From: an uncultured Prevotella sp.
GTDB lineage: Bacteria; Bacteroidota; Bacteroidia; Bacteroidales; Bacteroidaceae
Reading direction: 5' to 3'
NCBI GenBank assembly: GCA_900541575.1
Contig: UQKO01000005.1
Location: 5,828-69,827, forward strand
DNA length: 64,000 nt
Shown here: piece by piece, positions 20,310-29,739 of the stretch
How the letters are laid out: each line of letters begins with the position of its first letter
Numbering within the stretch: position 1 is the first letter of the stretch
Notes under the pieces: model-generated
The model's input: the letters and a program-made list of their open reading frames with translations, nothing else
What the model was told of the DNA's origin: nothing
Database searches by the model: none
Translations under genes and position numbers: made by a program

Positions 20310-22484
20310 ATGAACTGTAAAAAAATATTCTTGGCGTTTATGGTTGCTGCCTCGTATGTGTCGGTGCAGGCACGCGACGGCTTTGCCATCGTCATTGACC
20401 CCAAAAGCTACAACGAAGCAAAGACACAGGTAGAAGCCTATGCCTCAGCTGTGGAACAGCTACACGGCATGAAGCCCTACATAGTGATTGACCGCTGGCA
20501 GGTGCCCGACAGCATTCGCGCCACACTCATCCGCATGCACTCGCAGAAACAAGACCCCGTGATAGGGGCAGTATTTGTGGGCGACATACCCGTGGCCATG
20601 GTGCGCGACGCGCAGCACATGACCAGCGCTTTCAAGATGGACCAGCGGCGTGACCGTCGCGAGTCGTCGGTGCCTAGCGACCGATATTATGATGACTTTG
20701 GACTGAAGTTTAATTCGCTGGGTAAGGATGAGACGAAGCCTTACTTCTACTACTCGCTCAGGGCCGACAGCCGACAAAACCTACAGCCAACCATCTTCAG
20801 TGGACGTATACGACCCACCGATGCCGGAGGTACATCGCGCTATGAAAAGCTGCGTTCCTACCTCAGCAAACTGGTTGAGGAAAAACGCCGTCAACGCAGC
20901 CTACAGCAGATGTTCTATTTCAGCGGACACGGCTACATAAGCGAGTCGAAGGTGGCTCGCATTGACGAGAAAGGGTCTTATCTTGAACATTTTCCCGAGC
21001 TGAGAGGACGCGTCAACCGCATAGGCTATCTTGACCACAGCGACCATAACCCTGTAAAAACCATGCTCATGGACGAGCTTATGCGCACCGACCTCGACCT
21101 GGCCGTGCTACACCACCACGGTTACTGGGACACACAGTATCTTAACGCCCTTGTGAAACCGCAGACGGTGCGTGCCGCCAAAGACTTCGTTACACGCTAC
21201 TGCCGCGAGCATATATACGAGGCCAAGCAGCGCGGCAAGAACGCCGACTCGCTGCGCGTAGCTCTTGAGAAGAAGTTTGACCTGCCACAGTCGTGGCTGG
21301 CCAATGCGCTCGACCCGGAGCTCACGAAGCAAGACTCGCTTGACGAGGCTGCCTCAGACCTGCATTTAGAAGATTTCAAGGGCTACGGCTTCAGTCCCAA
21401 CGTGCCAGTGGTGGTCATTGACGCCTGTTTCTGCGGCTCGTTCCATCAAGACGATTGCATTGCCAACGAGTATCTGTTCCAGCCAGGACGCACCGTTGTG
21501 TGCATTGCCAACACGGTGAACGTGCTGCAAGACAAGTGGAGCGATCGCCTGCTCGGACTGTTGAGCAACGGTGGTTGCGTGGGCGACATAGCGCGATACA
21601 GTACCTACTTGGAGTCGCACGTCATCGGCGACCCCACCTTCCGCTTTGCCCCTACCAACGGCAAGACGCTCAACCTCGACCACATTATTAACGAGGACAA
21701 ACCATCGGTATGGAAAAAACTGCTCAACAACGACCACCCCGACATCCAAGCTCTGGCTATCGAGCATCTGTTCCGCCACAACCTCATCTCGTCGACAAAG
21801 TTGCGTTCCATCTACGAATCGTCACCATACGCCACGGTGCGCCTTCAGGCTCTTGAAAAAATTGCACTCATGGGCGATGACAAATTCATCGAGGTGCTGA
21901 AAGAGGCTTCGCAAGACAGCCATGAACTGGTGCAGCGTCAGGCTCTGCGCCTCATCGGTAAGAGCGGCGACGAGCGTCTCATCCCAGCACTAATAAAGGT
22001 GTGCATTAACAACAACACGTCAGACCGCTGCAACTTCAACGCCATAGCCGACCTTAGCGTGTTCCCCAAAGACAAGTTGCTGGCCGAGTTTGACCGACAG
22101 TTCAACTCGCCTACCGTGTGCTACATGCAGAAGGATAGTGTGCGCACAAAGATACGCCGTACCATTGAGCGCAGCGCCGACAAATGGACGAAGGACACAG
22201 AGCTAATTGTCAATCCCTCGACCACGGCCAAGAAACGCATCATGTACATACGCCAGTGCCGCAACTTCATGGTACACGGACTTATACCCATGCTCATCGA
22301 CTATCTGCCGAAGGCCGATGCCGACTCGCAGAAAGCCTTGCTTGAGGCTTTCGGCTGGCACAACTACTCGACTATGGTTCCGCGTATGATTGAGGCCGCC
22401 AAGGCCATAGCCGCCGACACCCGTTACGACGAGGCTGTGCGCAACGAGGCCACCAAAACCATTGCACGACTGCAACACAAATAA
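20310..22484 (+). CDS. Peptidase C25 (gingipain-like) domain plus HEAT repeats, paralogue 2
   Basis: Same motifs (HHHG, IDACFCGSF, IGDP); clear paralogue of 18361..20283. Confidence 0.75.
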   Translation: MNCKKIFLAFMVAASYVSVQARDGFAIVIDPKSYNEAKTQVEAYASAVEQLHGMKPYIVIDRWQVPDSIRATLIRMHSQKQDPVIGAVFVGDIPVAMVRDAQHMTSAFKMDQRRDRRESSVPSDRYYDDFGLKFNSLGKDETKPYFYYSLRADSRQNLQPTIFSGRIRPTDAGGTSRYEKLRSYLSKLVEEKRRQRSLQQMFYFSGHGYISESKVARIDEKGSYLEHFPELRGRVNRIGYLDHSDHNPVKTMLMDELMRTDLDLAVLHHHGYWDTQYLNALVKPQTVRAAKDFVTRYCREHIYEAKQRGKNADSLRVALEKKFDLPQSWLANALDPELTKQDSLDEAASDLHLEDFKGYGFSPNVPVVVIDACFCGSFHQDDCIANEYLFQPGRTVVCIANTVNVLQDKWSDRLLGLLSNGGCVGDIARYSTYLESHVIGDPTFRFAPTNGKTLNLDHIINEDKPSVWKKLLNNDHPDIQALAIEHLFRHNLISSTKLRSIYESSPYATVRLQALEKIALMGDDKFIEVLKEASQDSHELVQRQALRLIGKSGDERLIPALIKVCINNNTSDRCNFNAIADLSVFPKDKLLAEFDRQFNSPTVCYMQKDSVRTKIRRTIERSADKWTKDTELIVNPSTTAKKRIMYIRQCRNFMVHGLIPMLIDYLPKADADSQKALLEAFGWHNYSTMVPRMIEAAKAIAADTRYDEAVRNEATKTIARLQHK

Positions 22485-22494
22485 CAATATTCTT

Positions 22495-22520
22495 AGGCTC
22501 GCCACAATTGTGGTGAGCCT
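22495..22520 (+). other. Intergenic hairpin
   Basis: AGGCTCGCCACA-AT-TGTGGTGAGCCT. Confidence 0.55.
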
Positions 22521-22552
22521 TCATCTAAAATGCAATATTACATTATGGCAAT

Positions 22553-24061
22553 ATGAGACTTAAACAAGCACTGATACTTTTATTTCTGATGTTTTCGGCT
22601 GTTGTCAGAGCGCAGACCATAGTGCGTAAGGCTTATCCCGCACCTAAGGTCACGCCCCAGGTGCAGCGCATACGCTCAACCATGCGCCCCATGCATCTCG
22701 ATACAGAGGGAGTGACGCTGCCCGAAGCGGTGGACAACTCTAAGAACAAATATTTTCCGCCCATCATCAACCAAGACGGCGGCTCGTGCGCACAAGCTTC
22801 AAGCATAGGCTATGTTTTCACCTACGAGGTGAACCGCCTGCTCAACCGCGATGCCTCGGCCTCGACCGATAACCGCTTCGCCTACAAGTTTTCGTGGAAC
22901 ATGCTCAACGATGGCGAAGATCAAGGCGGCTTTGCTGAACAGGGGTTCTATTTAGCGCAGCGATACGGCATGATGACCGAGGCCGACTACGGCGACTCGG
23001 GGCTGTATCAGTTTCGCTGGGCCTCGGGCTATGACAAGTATTTTAAGGCCATGCGCTACCGCGTAAAGGACATTCTCTCTTTTGATGCTACCGACCTCAT
23101 CTCGCTCAAGCGATGGCTCTACGATGCCGCTAACGGAAGCAGCACGGGCGGCTTGCTCACATTCTCATCACAATCGAGCGGATGGACCATCAACGACCAC
23201 TACGACGGCCCTTCAAAAACTGGCTACCACTCGCTTCTTACGCACCTTGCCACCAGCGGAGCACACGCTATGACCATAGTGGGCTATGATGATCTCGTAG
23301 AGTTTACCGACCCTAACGGCGCAACGCATAAGGGTGCTTTCATTGTAACCAATACCTGGGGCACTTTCTCTCACGACCACGGGCGCTTTTATCTACCCTA
23401 TTGGTTCTTCACCAGCCACCAGCACACCGACCTGGAGCTGTCGAGCAAGATGCAAGCCATGCGCGTGATGACCTACGAACCTAAGGTCGTGTTTAAGATT
23501 AGGCTGAAGTACAGTTCACGCAACGACCTGTCATTTGGCACAGACTTCAGAAACGACGGCAACACCACCTCTACCCCGCTGTACACCTACGCTCAGGCGT
23601 TCTTCAATGCTGGGGGCGACTATCCTATGCAAGGACAATATCTAAGCAACGAAATTGAGATTGCTATCGATGCATCTTCAAAGGCTGGGGCTACGGCCAC
23701 CAACGGCGATGTGTTTTTTCTTTCTGTGAAGAAGGCAGCTATTGGCAAGACCGTGGGTGATGGAACGGTTGAAGCCGTGTCGCTCATCGATTATCGAGGG
23801 GCGGAGCCTGTAGAGCACGAGTGTGTGGTGACAAGCCTACCTACAGCCGTAAAACCAGGAATCACCGCTTTCTATGTCAAGCTATCTGACAACAGCAAGA
23901 GCCGCTACATTGTGTCGGCCTCGCCCTACAAGTATGAGGAGAACGGCACCGCATCATCACGCACCTTTGTGGTGCGCACTGCCAACGGCAAAGCCATGAA
24001 GATGGGCTTCGGCAACATGACTACTGACGGACAACAGGTAGACATCAGAATAGGAGATTAA
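22553..24061 (+). CDS. Papain-like cysteine peptidase (C1 family)
   Basis: NQDGGSCAQ (oxyanion Gln and catalytic Cys), HAMTIVGYDD (His), NTWG (Asn); signal peptide. Confidence 0.88.
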   Translation: MRLKQALILLFLMFSAVVRAQTIVRKAYPAPKVTPQVQRIRSTMRPMHLDTEGVTLPEAVDNSKNKYFPPIINQDGGSCAQASSIGYVFTYEVNRLLNRDASASTDNRFAYKFSWNMLNDGEDQGGFAEQGFYLAQRYGMMTEADYGDSGLYQFRWASGYDKYFKAMRYRVKDILSFDATDLISLKRWLYDAANGSSTGGLLTFSSQSSGWTINDHYDGPSKTGYHSLLTHLATSGAHAMTIVGYDDLVEFTDPNGATHKGAFIVTNTWGTFSHDHGRFYLPYWFFTSHQHTDLELSSKMQAMRVMTYEPKVVFKIRLKYSSRNDLSFGTDFRNDGNTTSTPLYTYAQAFFNAGGDYPMQGQYLSNEIEIAIDASSKAGATATNGDVFFLSVKKAAIGKTVGDGTVEAVSLIDYRGAEPVEHECVVTSLPTAVKPGITAFYVKLSDNSKSRYIVSASPYKYEENGTASSRTFVVRTANGKAMKMGFGNMTTDGQQVDIRIGD

Positions 24062-24100
24062 AGAATACGGTTAGATAAACGAAGAGATAATAAAAAAATA

Positions 24101-24502
24101 ATGGTTATGCGAAAAAGAGACAACTTGTTTTTTGCCACCCTATTGGCCATTGGCCTTACAGCATGCAGTGCGAATAACGGCGGCGATAGTCCGTTGTCAA
24201 ACGAAAAGGTAATGCACGTGCAGCTGCAGCCAAACACATGGACATACATTTCGCTTGCCAAGGGAGCAACCGTGGGTACGAGCAATCTCGGCGACATCGA
24301 GGCCGACAAATCTTGGCATGACCGCACCGACTGGGACGTGGCCCTCTGCAACGGAGCCATTCGCACTAACGGTGGCACATCGGGCAAAGGGCAAGGCTCA
24401 ATAATGTCAACCCCCCAAAACTTTGACAACGTTGACCCGTCGGCCATCACATCGCTCCATGCCGATGCTGACACGGTAACGATTGGCCGAAGAGCCAACT
24501 GA
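24101..24502 (+). CDS. Short HmuY-like lipoprotein
   Basis: Lipobox LTAC; WTYISL, DWDVAL and IRTNGGTSGKGQG are HmuY-family motifs; lacks the usual C-terminal strands. Confidence 0.75.
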   Translation: MVMRKRDNLFFATLLAIGLTACSANNGGDSPLSNEKVMHVQLQPNTWTYISLAKGATVGTSNLGDIEADKSWHDRTDWDVALCNGAIRTNGGTSGKGQGSIMSTPQNFDNVDPSAITSLHADADTVTIGRRAN

Positions 24503-24585
24503 ATTTGCGGCCAATGACACTGGCGTAACAAACATTGTATTGAGGTAAAGGCCGCACTGCAGAGGCTCAAAGCTCCAACCGTTTT

Positions 24586-25000
24586 TCATATATCGACCAC
24601 GGTATATAGTTTACCCGTGCCCAAACAGTCGTGATTGCCCAGCAAGGTAACAAAGAGTTTATTATGCGTTTTCAGCAGGTCGCGGCTCCAAAGATATTCT
24701 TTCGTGGCACCAAAGTCGGTTGCATCGCCACCATGGCACCACAAAGTCGATGTCGGAACGACGGTTGATGTCGCGTATCTCGGCCTTGGTATCATCAAAC
24801 CATTGATGGGTGTCGCTGATGAAGGCAAAACGTATGGTTTCGTTGTCGTGTGTACGCTCTTCAATAAGGGCTATTTGTTTTGCATTGATGTTCTTTTCGC
24901 CCTTGATATTGACGTCGTAGGGATGAACGTTAAACACCTTGTCGCAAGCAGTAAGAAGGCTTACGACGGCTATGACAACGGCTATGTATAGTTTTTTTAA
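24586..25000 (-). pseudogene. Frameshifted, truncated metallophosphoesterase lipoprotein
   Basis: LLTAC lipobox and FISDTH in one frame; HGGD and GNHD in another; ends shortly after GNHD; no clear ATG. Confidence 0.8.
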
Positions 25001-25014
25001 TACAATGACAGACG

Positions 25015-26100
25015 TATTTAATGATGAAAATGCGTACGGGGTCTTCGTCCATCTTTACATGAAGCTGATTGTATTTACACTTGTATTTTCTACAATAGTG
25101 TGAAGCTGTGCGTTCATGAATTGCAATCAGTTCGTGGATGTGCTTATCTGATAACGCAACTTTGGATTCATCTTGACTAATCCGATATAATATACTGCAC
25201 CTCCACATAGTTCACGGACTGCATGAATGAGCGATTCACATGTAAACCAACTATCAGCAAGAACATACTTGAAAGAGATACCATGCTTGACAGCATGACT
25301 AAGCATGCGCTTGGCCATTTCGAGTTTGCTCTCATCACATTCCGCCTTACGCGCATAATCTGGATTTTTTTGCGTTCCGCTGTTTTTGAAACTGCTCCTT
25401 CAACTGTCTTGAGGTTTAACCGTAATCCATATTCTTTCCCTTTTCCCGATGAATGGAGAAGTTTATGGAGTAACAGCTTATACCGTCAGAAATGGCAAGT
25501 GTCAGGCATTTCATTCCGTAAATAAATCTACGGGTGACGTGGTCAAACACTTTGCTGACACCTTCGATTCGAACACCAGTCTTTTGAAAAATTGTATCAT
25601 CAAGGATAGTACAATTTTCATTTGTATCAGTATTCACTTGACGCTCTTGAAGGATGGCTTGGAAGCGAAGGGTTATTGGGGTAAGGAACATTCGCCAGTT
25701 GAAGCGCTCATTCAAAAGTGCACGATACAATGTGTTCTTAGATATATTGCAAAGTTTCTGAATATTATTGGAAGTGGCACTGGCAACCGTTTTTCCCCAC
25801 AAACGCACGATGACGAGCGTGATAAAGAGGAAACTCAAAGTAAAACCTTGAACCTTCTCAAACTTGAGATTCCGAACGATTTTACCGATGCCAAATGTCT
25901 GCATAACTACTAGAAGTTGCTTTTTAGCTTCTTTTTTAAAAGATAAAACCTTGGTAAGTCCATCTAAATTGCTTATTTTTGCTTCTGTAACAGTTCTTTC
26001 TTTTTCCATTGTAAATCAGTTGTTTGTCACCTACTAATTTACGAAGAAAATTGAAATACTATTATTTCTCACCCCCTTTTTGGGGGATGGGAAACTTTAG
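25015..26100 (-). mobile_element. Degenerate IS4-like DDE transposase with one terminus
   Basis: ILDDT..KTG..IEGVSKVFDH (25416..26009) continues through frameshifts into YVLADSWF; C-terminus lost; candidate end CTAAAGTTTCCCA at 26100. Confidence 0.8.
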
Positions 26101-26375
26101 TATATAATGGAACTAAACTTCTTTATGTTGTACCTTGGGATCATTTACCAACGAGAAAAGCGGAAGAACCTAAAATGAGCAAGGAGAAGATGCTCGAGAC
26201 GGGCTATGAAAATCCCCGTCACGATCGCTACTTCTGCTATTTCTTCGATGAAGAAATCACGCTTGGCAAGTTCGACATTAAGAGTATTATCGAAACAGAG
26301 AGTAAAAAGCCCGGATATGTGGAGGGACAACCTATCTATTTGACGGGAAAAGAATTGATTAAGTTTAGAAAGTAA
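26101..26375 (+). pseudogene. 3' remnant of a larger gene truncated at the IS end
   Basis: 66-aa ORF (GYENPRHDRYFCYFFDEE) starts about 75 nt from the IS terminus; function unverified. Confidence 0.4.
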
Positions 26376-26388
26376 AAGTTAGAAGACA

Positions 26389-27069
26389 ATGAAACAATTA
26401 TTGCTAGCACTTATACTATTTTTCCCTTTGGCAGCAGATGCACAAGAAAGAAAAACATATCCATTTGAGAAATTATACCAAGAGTTAGACACCATGTCTG
26501 TTGAAAGAAGAACTCAGGTTGAAGCGAACATTAAAAATCAGGAAGAAAAGCTTCAAAAAGAGCAAGTAAAAAGTATAGGAGGTATCCCTTTTGGTACAAG
26601 TAAAGATAAAGCTCTACCAATCTTAAAGATGAAATATGGAGAACCTTATATAGGTCCTTCAGGATTAGATTTATTGTTTCATAGTGTATCTTATGCAGGT
26701 ATGCGTTTTGACAATGTTGTTTTTTCTTTTCAATCTGATGGTGTAAATACCTATTTTAATAATTGTATTTTTGGTAAAAACGCAAAAACATTCAGCGAGG
26801 CACTTGATATAGAAAAAGATTTTGCGGATAGATTATCCGAAAAATATACGATGATGCATAGGATCCCAGATCAAAATGGAAATCCCATGCATGTATGCGG
26901 AATAAGCCCCTTTTGGAATGGGAAACTTAAAGATCTTTCTACGGACGATAACATGGCAATTCACACAAGTATAATTGAATCTGAAAGGAGTGTAGAACTT
27001 TCTACAGGAGTTAAATACATTGTACGACTTATTTATGGTTCTTATAATTATGTAAAAGAAGAGTTTTAA
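26389..27069 (+). CDS. Secreted hypothetical protein
   Basis: 226 aa with signal peptide; AT-rich. Confidence 0.7.
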   Translation: MKQLLLALILFFPLAADAQERKTYPFEKLYQELDTMSVERRTQVEANIKNQEEKLQKEQVKSIGGIPFGTSKDKALPILKMKYGEPYIGPSGLDLLFHSVSYAGMRFDNVVFSFQSDGVNTYFNNCIFGKNAKTFSEALDIEKDFADRLSEKYTMMHRIPDQNGNPMHVCGISPFWNGKLKDLSTDDNMAIHTSIIESERSVELSTGVKYIVRLIYGSYNYVKEEF

Positions 27070-27074
27070 TATAG

Positions 27075-27124
27075 AGGACACTTCTTGCAGGATACTTTGT
27101 TTTTGCAAGAAGTGTCCTATTTTC
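27075..27124 (+). terminator. Intrinsic terminator
   Basis: AGGACACTTCTTGCA...TGCAAGAAGTGTCCT followed by a T tract. Confidence 0.75.
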
Positions 27125-27223
27125 TATATTATATAGATAAAACTGCTTATGCTCATCCACAAATAAGCCAGAATAGAAAAACTAAAATTGCATCAATAAT
27201 ACAAAACCAAAGGCAAAACGTTC

Positions 27224-27290
27224 GAGAGTGTAAAATAAACTGTGTCAGGCTATAATAATAATAGCTTAACACAGTTTATTTTACACTCTC
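27224..27290 (-). terminator. Long hairpin immediately after the 27289 stop
   Basis: GAGAGTGTAAAATAAACTGTGT...ACACAGTTTATTTTACACTCTC. Confidence 0.65.
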
Positions 27291-27666
27291 AACTAATCTT
27301 GATTAGATCACTTCTTTTAACGGACACGAAATTATCAAAGATTCCCATTTTTTCTGGTTCACATTGAACCAATCCGTTCTCTTCAAAGCCTATCACTTTG
27401 TAGAGTTTTCCATTGGATTTTAGTTTCACTTCGTCTCCAATCATCAAGTCATCCCAAGGAATATCAGAAGAATTTTGAATAAGAGGCATACCTTCTTGTC
27501 TTTGGGAAGTTCTCACCTGTATTCTTCCTTGTTCAAGATTTAGTTTAAGTTCATGAACTTCCTGCGTAAGTTGTTCTATATTGTTTGTCATACCCCAAAT
27601 CTTAAAGAAAAGAATGAGACAGAGAATACTCCAAACGAGAGCAAGTATATAAACGAATATTTCCAT
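27289..27666 (-). CDS. Membrane-anchored hypothetical protein
   Basis: N-terminal TM ending ILFFKIWGMTN, a coiled coil and a small beta C-terminal domain. Confidence 0.7.
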   Translation of the reverse strand: MEIFVYILALVWSILCLILFFKIWGMTNNIEQLTQEVHELKLNLEQGRIQVRTSQRQEGMPLIQNSSDIPWDDLMIGDEVKLKSNGKLYKVIGFEENGLVQCEPEKMGIFDNFVSVKRSDLIKIS

Positions 27667-27686
27667 TACGATAATTTTAAGGATTT

Positions 27687-28418
27687 CTATTTTATAATGA
27701 ATTTTCCATTTGAATCACCACTGTTGTATATATATACGCCCTTAGGTAACTTCGAACTTTTAGTATTCACAGGAGTATCTTGTATACCTACTAATTTCCC
27801 TGTTGTATCGTATATCTTAGTTGGTGATTGGGCTTTGTTATAGCAAGTTTCTGCCACATTTATACTTGATATTAAGTTGCTATTAACTCTATATACATAT
27901 GTTATTGTCTTGGAAGATGCACTATCTTCATAAACAATAAATTTGTACGTATCATTTATTCCAAATAGTCCTAATACACAATAATAGGATCCATCTGTTT
28001 GTCCAAAATCATATATCATATTTCCTTTTTCATTATATAGACACATACGGGAATGGCCATCATCTCCCCAACCTTTCTCATTATTTTGCATGTTGACTAT
28101 AAACATAACTTTCCCATTTGTAGTTAGAGAACTAATAGCATTAACACTCTGCAAGGTATAATTTGAATCAATTTCTATTTGAGTGTCTATGTCTGCATAA
28201 AGGCTATAATCTCCATTATAGATTTTAGCTTTGATATGATTATTTTCTGCTTTGATAGAAGTCGGGAAGAACATGTCTTTGCCTAGTCCGCATAATGATA
28301 ATGTCTTCTGACAAAATGGATACACGTTGCCATCTAATTTTGCTTCCAAAGTCAAAAAGTCTTGTGCGCTTGATGGCAAGAAAAAAGAAAAGAATAAAAG
28401 TAAAAGAATTGTTCTCAT
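27687..28418 (-). CDS. Secreted protein with T9SS-type C-terminal domain
   Basis: Signal peptide; C-terminus IYDTTGKLV...LPKGVYI...KFIIK. Confidence 0.72.
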   Translation of the reverse strand: MRTILLLLFFSFFLPSSAQDFLTLEAKLDGNVYPFCQKTLSLCGLGKDMFFPTSIKAENNHIKAKIYNGDYSLYADIDTQIEIDSNYTLQSVNAISSLTTNGKVMFIVNMQNNEKGWGDDGHSRMCLYNEKGNMIYDFGQTDGSYYCVLGLFGINDTYKFIVYEDSASSKTITYVYRVNSNLISSINVAETCYNKAQSPTKIYDTTGKLVGIQDTPVNTKSSKLPKGVYIYNSGDSNGKFIIK

Positions 28419-28529
28419 AATTATAGCATTTGATACAAAGGTAAATCAATTACCTTACCCCACCAATAGCAACCCCATAAGATTCTACAACGTATTACAA
28501 GTGTTCTTGTCGCAGACTCTGCATTTTCA

Positions 28530-29186
28530 AAGAAACCATTTATAGACAATATGCTTGGAATCGGTTTTAATGTGGTAAGTCGTCTTCGGCATGATGCTGC
28601 ATTGTATTATTTGGGGATGGCGAGTCTACAGGCAAACCTGGGCGTCCACGTGTAAAAGGCGAGAAGATAGACTTCAAGAACATAGACAAATCCAAGGTTG
28701 CGATACTTGACACGGACACGTCTAATGAACAAGTGTATGCTTTGAAAGCATGGTGCAAGTCCCTACATCGAAAAATATCACTTGTCATACACATTTTGCC
28801 AAAGGGCGGACACCGTTTGTATTTCTCTACTGATGAAAACATGAGCGGGCGTGATGTCATGGAGTATTACTGTACACGCTTTCAGATTGAGTTCTGTTTT
28901 CGTGACGCAAAACAGTTTGTAGGACTTACTGACTGTCAGGCGCGTGACACGAGAAAACTTGATTTTGCGTTCAACTCCTCATTTACAGCCGTGAATGTAG
29001 CGAAAATAATGTGCAGTGAATACATTCTCTCTATCGGGAGGATTAAAGCTCTGATGATTAATGCATACTAGCCCAAAGAATTATTGACGTGTTCGAGAAT
29101 AACCCGAACACGCAATTAAATCATGAGATAGTGAATGAAATATTTGGATTCACTGCTGATGCAGCATAAATTTAACGAAGTATTGA
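28530..29186 (+). mobile_element. 5'-truncated DDE transposase pseudogene (IS4/IS701-like) with right end
   Basis: VSRLRHDA, GRPRVKG, YFSTD..MSG..VMEYY.TRFQIEFCFRDAKQFVGLTDCQAR; premature stop at 29071; candidate end TTTAACGAAGTATTGA. Confidence 0.8.
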
Positions 29187-29206
29187 TACTGCTAAAGTAC
29201 TAAAAA

Positions 29207-29667
29207 TTAGCGAGACAGCCAAGTCTTTTTGCCTTTATTTTCAGTGTTTTCTGCATTTGTTTCAAAGCGACATCTGCGGGCTGCTTTGGGTGAGATTCCC
29301 TTCATAGGTAATACGAGTTCATTCCATCTCATGGAGCGAAATCCGATGTCTTGACGAAGATATATCTTCGGATGAAAGCGTCTCCGTTCCAAACGTTTGT
29401 AATATATTACATACCCGTCCCGTTACCAATGAAAGAGTTTCATCACCTTACGAGTTTTGCTTACAAAAACGTAAACATTCCCATCAGTAGGATCTAAACC
29501 AACACTGCGTACTTGACCACACATTCCATTTACTCCTATTCTCATGTCGCTTGGATGTTGCGACATAACAATCCGATTGTTTTCATTTAAATTGAACATA
29601 GTTTTTGAGGATGCAAAGGTCTCAATGTTTTAATTGATGTGCAAGGCGCCTGATTTCGGATGGTTAC
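29207..29667 (-). mobile_element. IS66-family remnant: TnpB (Orf2) pseudogene and left terminus
   Basis: From ATG 29599: MFNLNE..DMRIGVNG..VYVFVSKTRKVMKLFHW*RDGYVIYYKRLE with an internal stop; terminus GTAACCATCCG at 29667; no TnpC. Confidence 0.8.
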
Positions 29668-29739
29668 TTTTTTCACGCCATCTCTATTCTCTCAAGCAGA
29701 TAATCATAGGGCTTACGCACATTATGATTGGGAATATAT

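Noticed and set aside
27075..27290. Integron attC-like sites between AT-rich orphan genes
   Set aside because: Hairpins sit right after convergent stops and fit terminators; no RYYYAAC/GTTRRRY boxes and no integrase
29207..29599. RNA-guided TnpB nuclease
   Set aside because: This is the small IS66 accessory TnpB (Orf2), unrelated to IS200/IS605 TnpB, and it has an internal stop
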